This document shows positions 63,522 to 64,000 of a stretch of DNA of 64,000 nt, in pieces. Below the pieces are notes generated by a model, which had not been told where the DNA came from, searched no databases, and saw nothing but the letters and a program-made list of their open reading frames with translations. The DNA comes from Felis catus (taxonomy: Eukaryota), in contig NC_058368.1 of NCBI RefSeq assembly GCF_018350175.1, positions 185,878,001-185,942,000 of the forward strand. The letters are read 5' to 3'. The position numbers were made by a program, and so were the translations under genes. Each line of letters opens with the position of its first letter. Within the stretch, counting starts at the first letter, position 1.

Positions 63522-63852
63522 CAGCTGAAACTTGAATAACATGAGTTTGTACTGTTTGCATTCACTTATATGCAGATTTTTTTTGATAAATACAGGAAAG
63601 TACTGCAAATATATTTTCTCTTGTGATTTTTTAAATAAAATTTTCTTTTTTGTAGCTTACTTCATACTAAGAATACAATATATAATACATATAACATACA
63701 AAATATGTTAATCAGCTGCTTATGTTATCAGTAAGGCTTCAGTCAACATTAGTAGGCAATTAGTAGTTAAGTTTTGAGGGAGTCAAAAGTTATATGCTGA
63801 TTTTCATCTGCACAGGTCAGTACCCAACCCCTGAATTGTCAAGGGTCAACTA
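63522..63852. mobile_element. Tigger2-derived MITE, opposite orientation to 48774-49145
   Basis: TA-cagctgaaacttgaataacatgagtttg ... gtcaagggtcaacta-TA. Confidence 0.8.
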
Positions 63853-63956
63853 TATACGAAAATTAATTAAAGAAAACCAGCATAAGGCATCCTCCATATA
63901 TATGTATATGATTTGAGAAGAGGTAAGGATTTTGTGATTAGATCTTTCCGTTTTAC

Positions 63957-64000
63957 GGGCGCCTGGGTGGCGCAGTCGGTTAAGCGTCCGACTTCAGCCA
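63957..64000 (+). mobile_element. Young feline CanSINE, 5' end (cut by window edge)
   Basis: GGGCGCCTGGGTGGCGCAGTCGGTTAAGCGTCCGACTTCAGCCA, same diagnostic head as 9257-9482. Confidence 0.93.

Overview
Repeat-dominated, AT-rich mammalian genomic DNA from a carnivoran, almost certainly a felid. The evidence is about 32 tRNA-derived CanSINEs, three of them of the young CpG-rich feline type GGGCGCCTGGGTGGCGCAGTCGGTTAAGCGTCCGACTTCAGCCAGG. I could not support any host protein-coding exon, so the window looks intergenic or deep intronic. Most listed ORFs are by-products of SINEs, microsatellites or decayed LINE/ERV sequence. Other content: a 3.7 kb L1MB-like fragment and other L1 pieces, L2 and MIR relics, several solo LTRs (two with perfect 5-bp TSDs), a decayed ERV-L provirus with readable gag and RT motifs, and MER5/MER20/Tigger2-type DNA transposons. 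Most notable are a U6 snRNA/L1 chimeric retrocopy, a possible Tc1/mariner transposase fossil in otherwise unique-looking sequence, a solo LTR with six co-oriented forkhead motifs, and a junction resembling templated-insertion repair. Repeat subfamily names come from my recall of consensus sequences, not from a database search. I found no convincing new multi-gene system.
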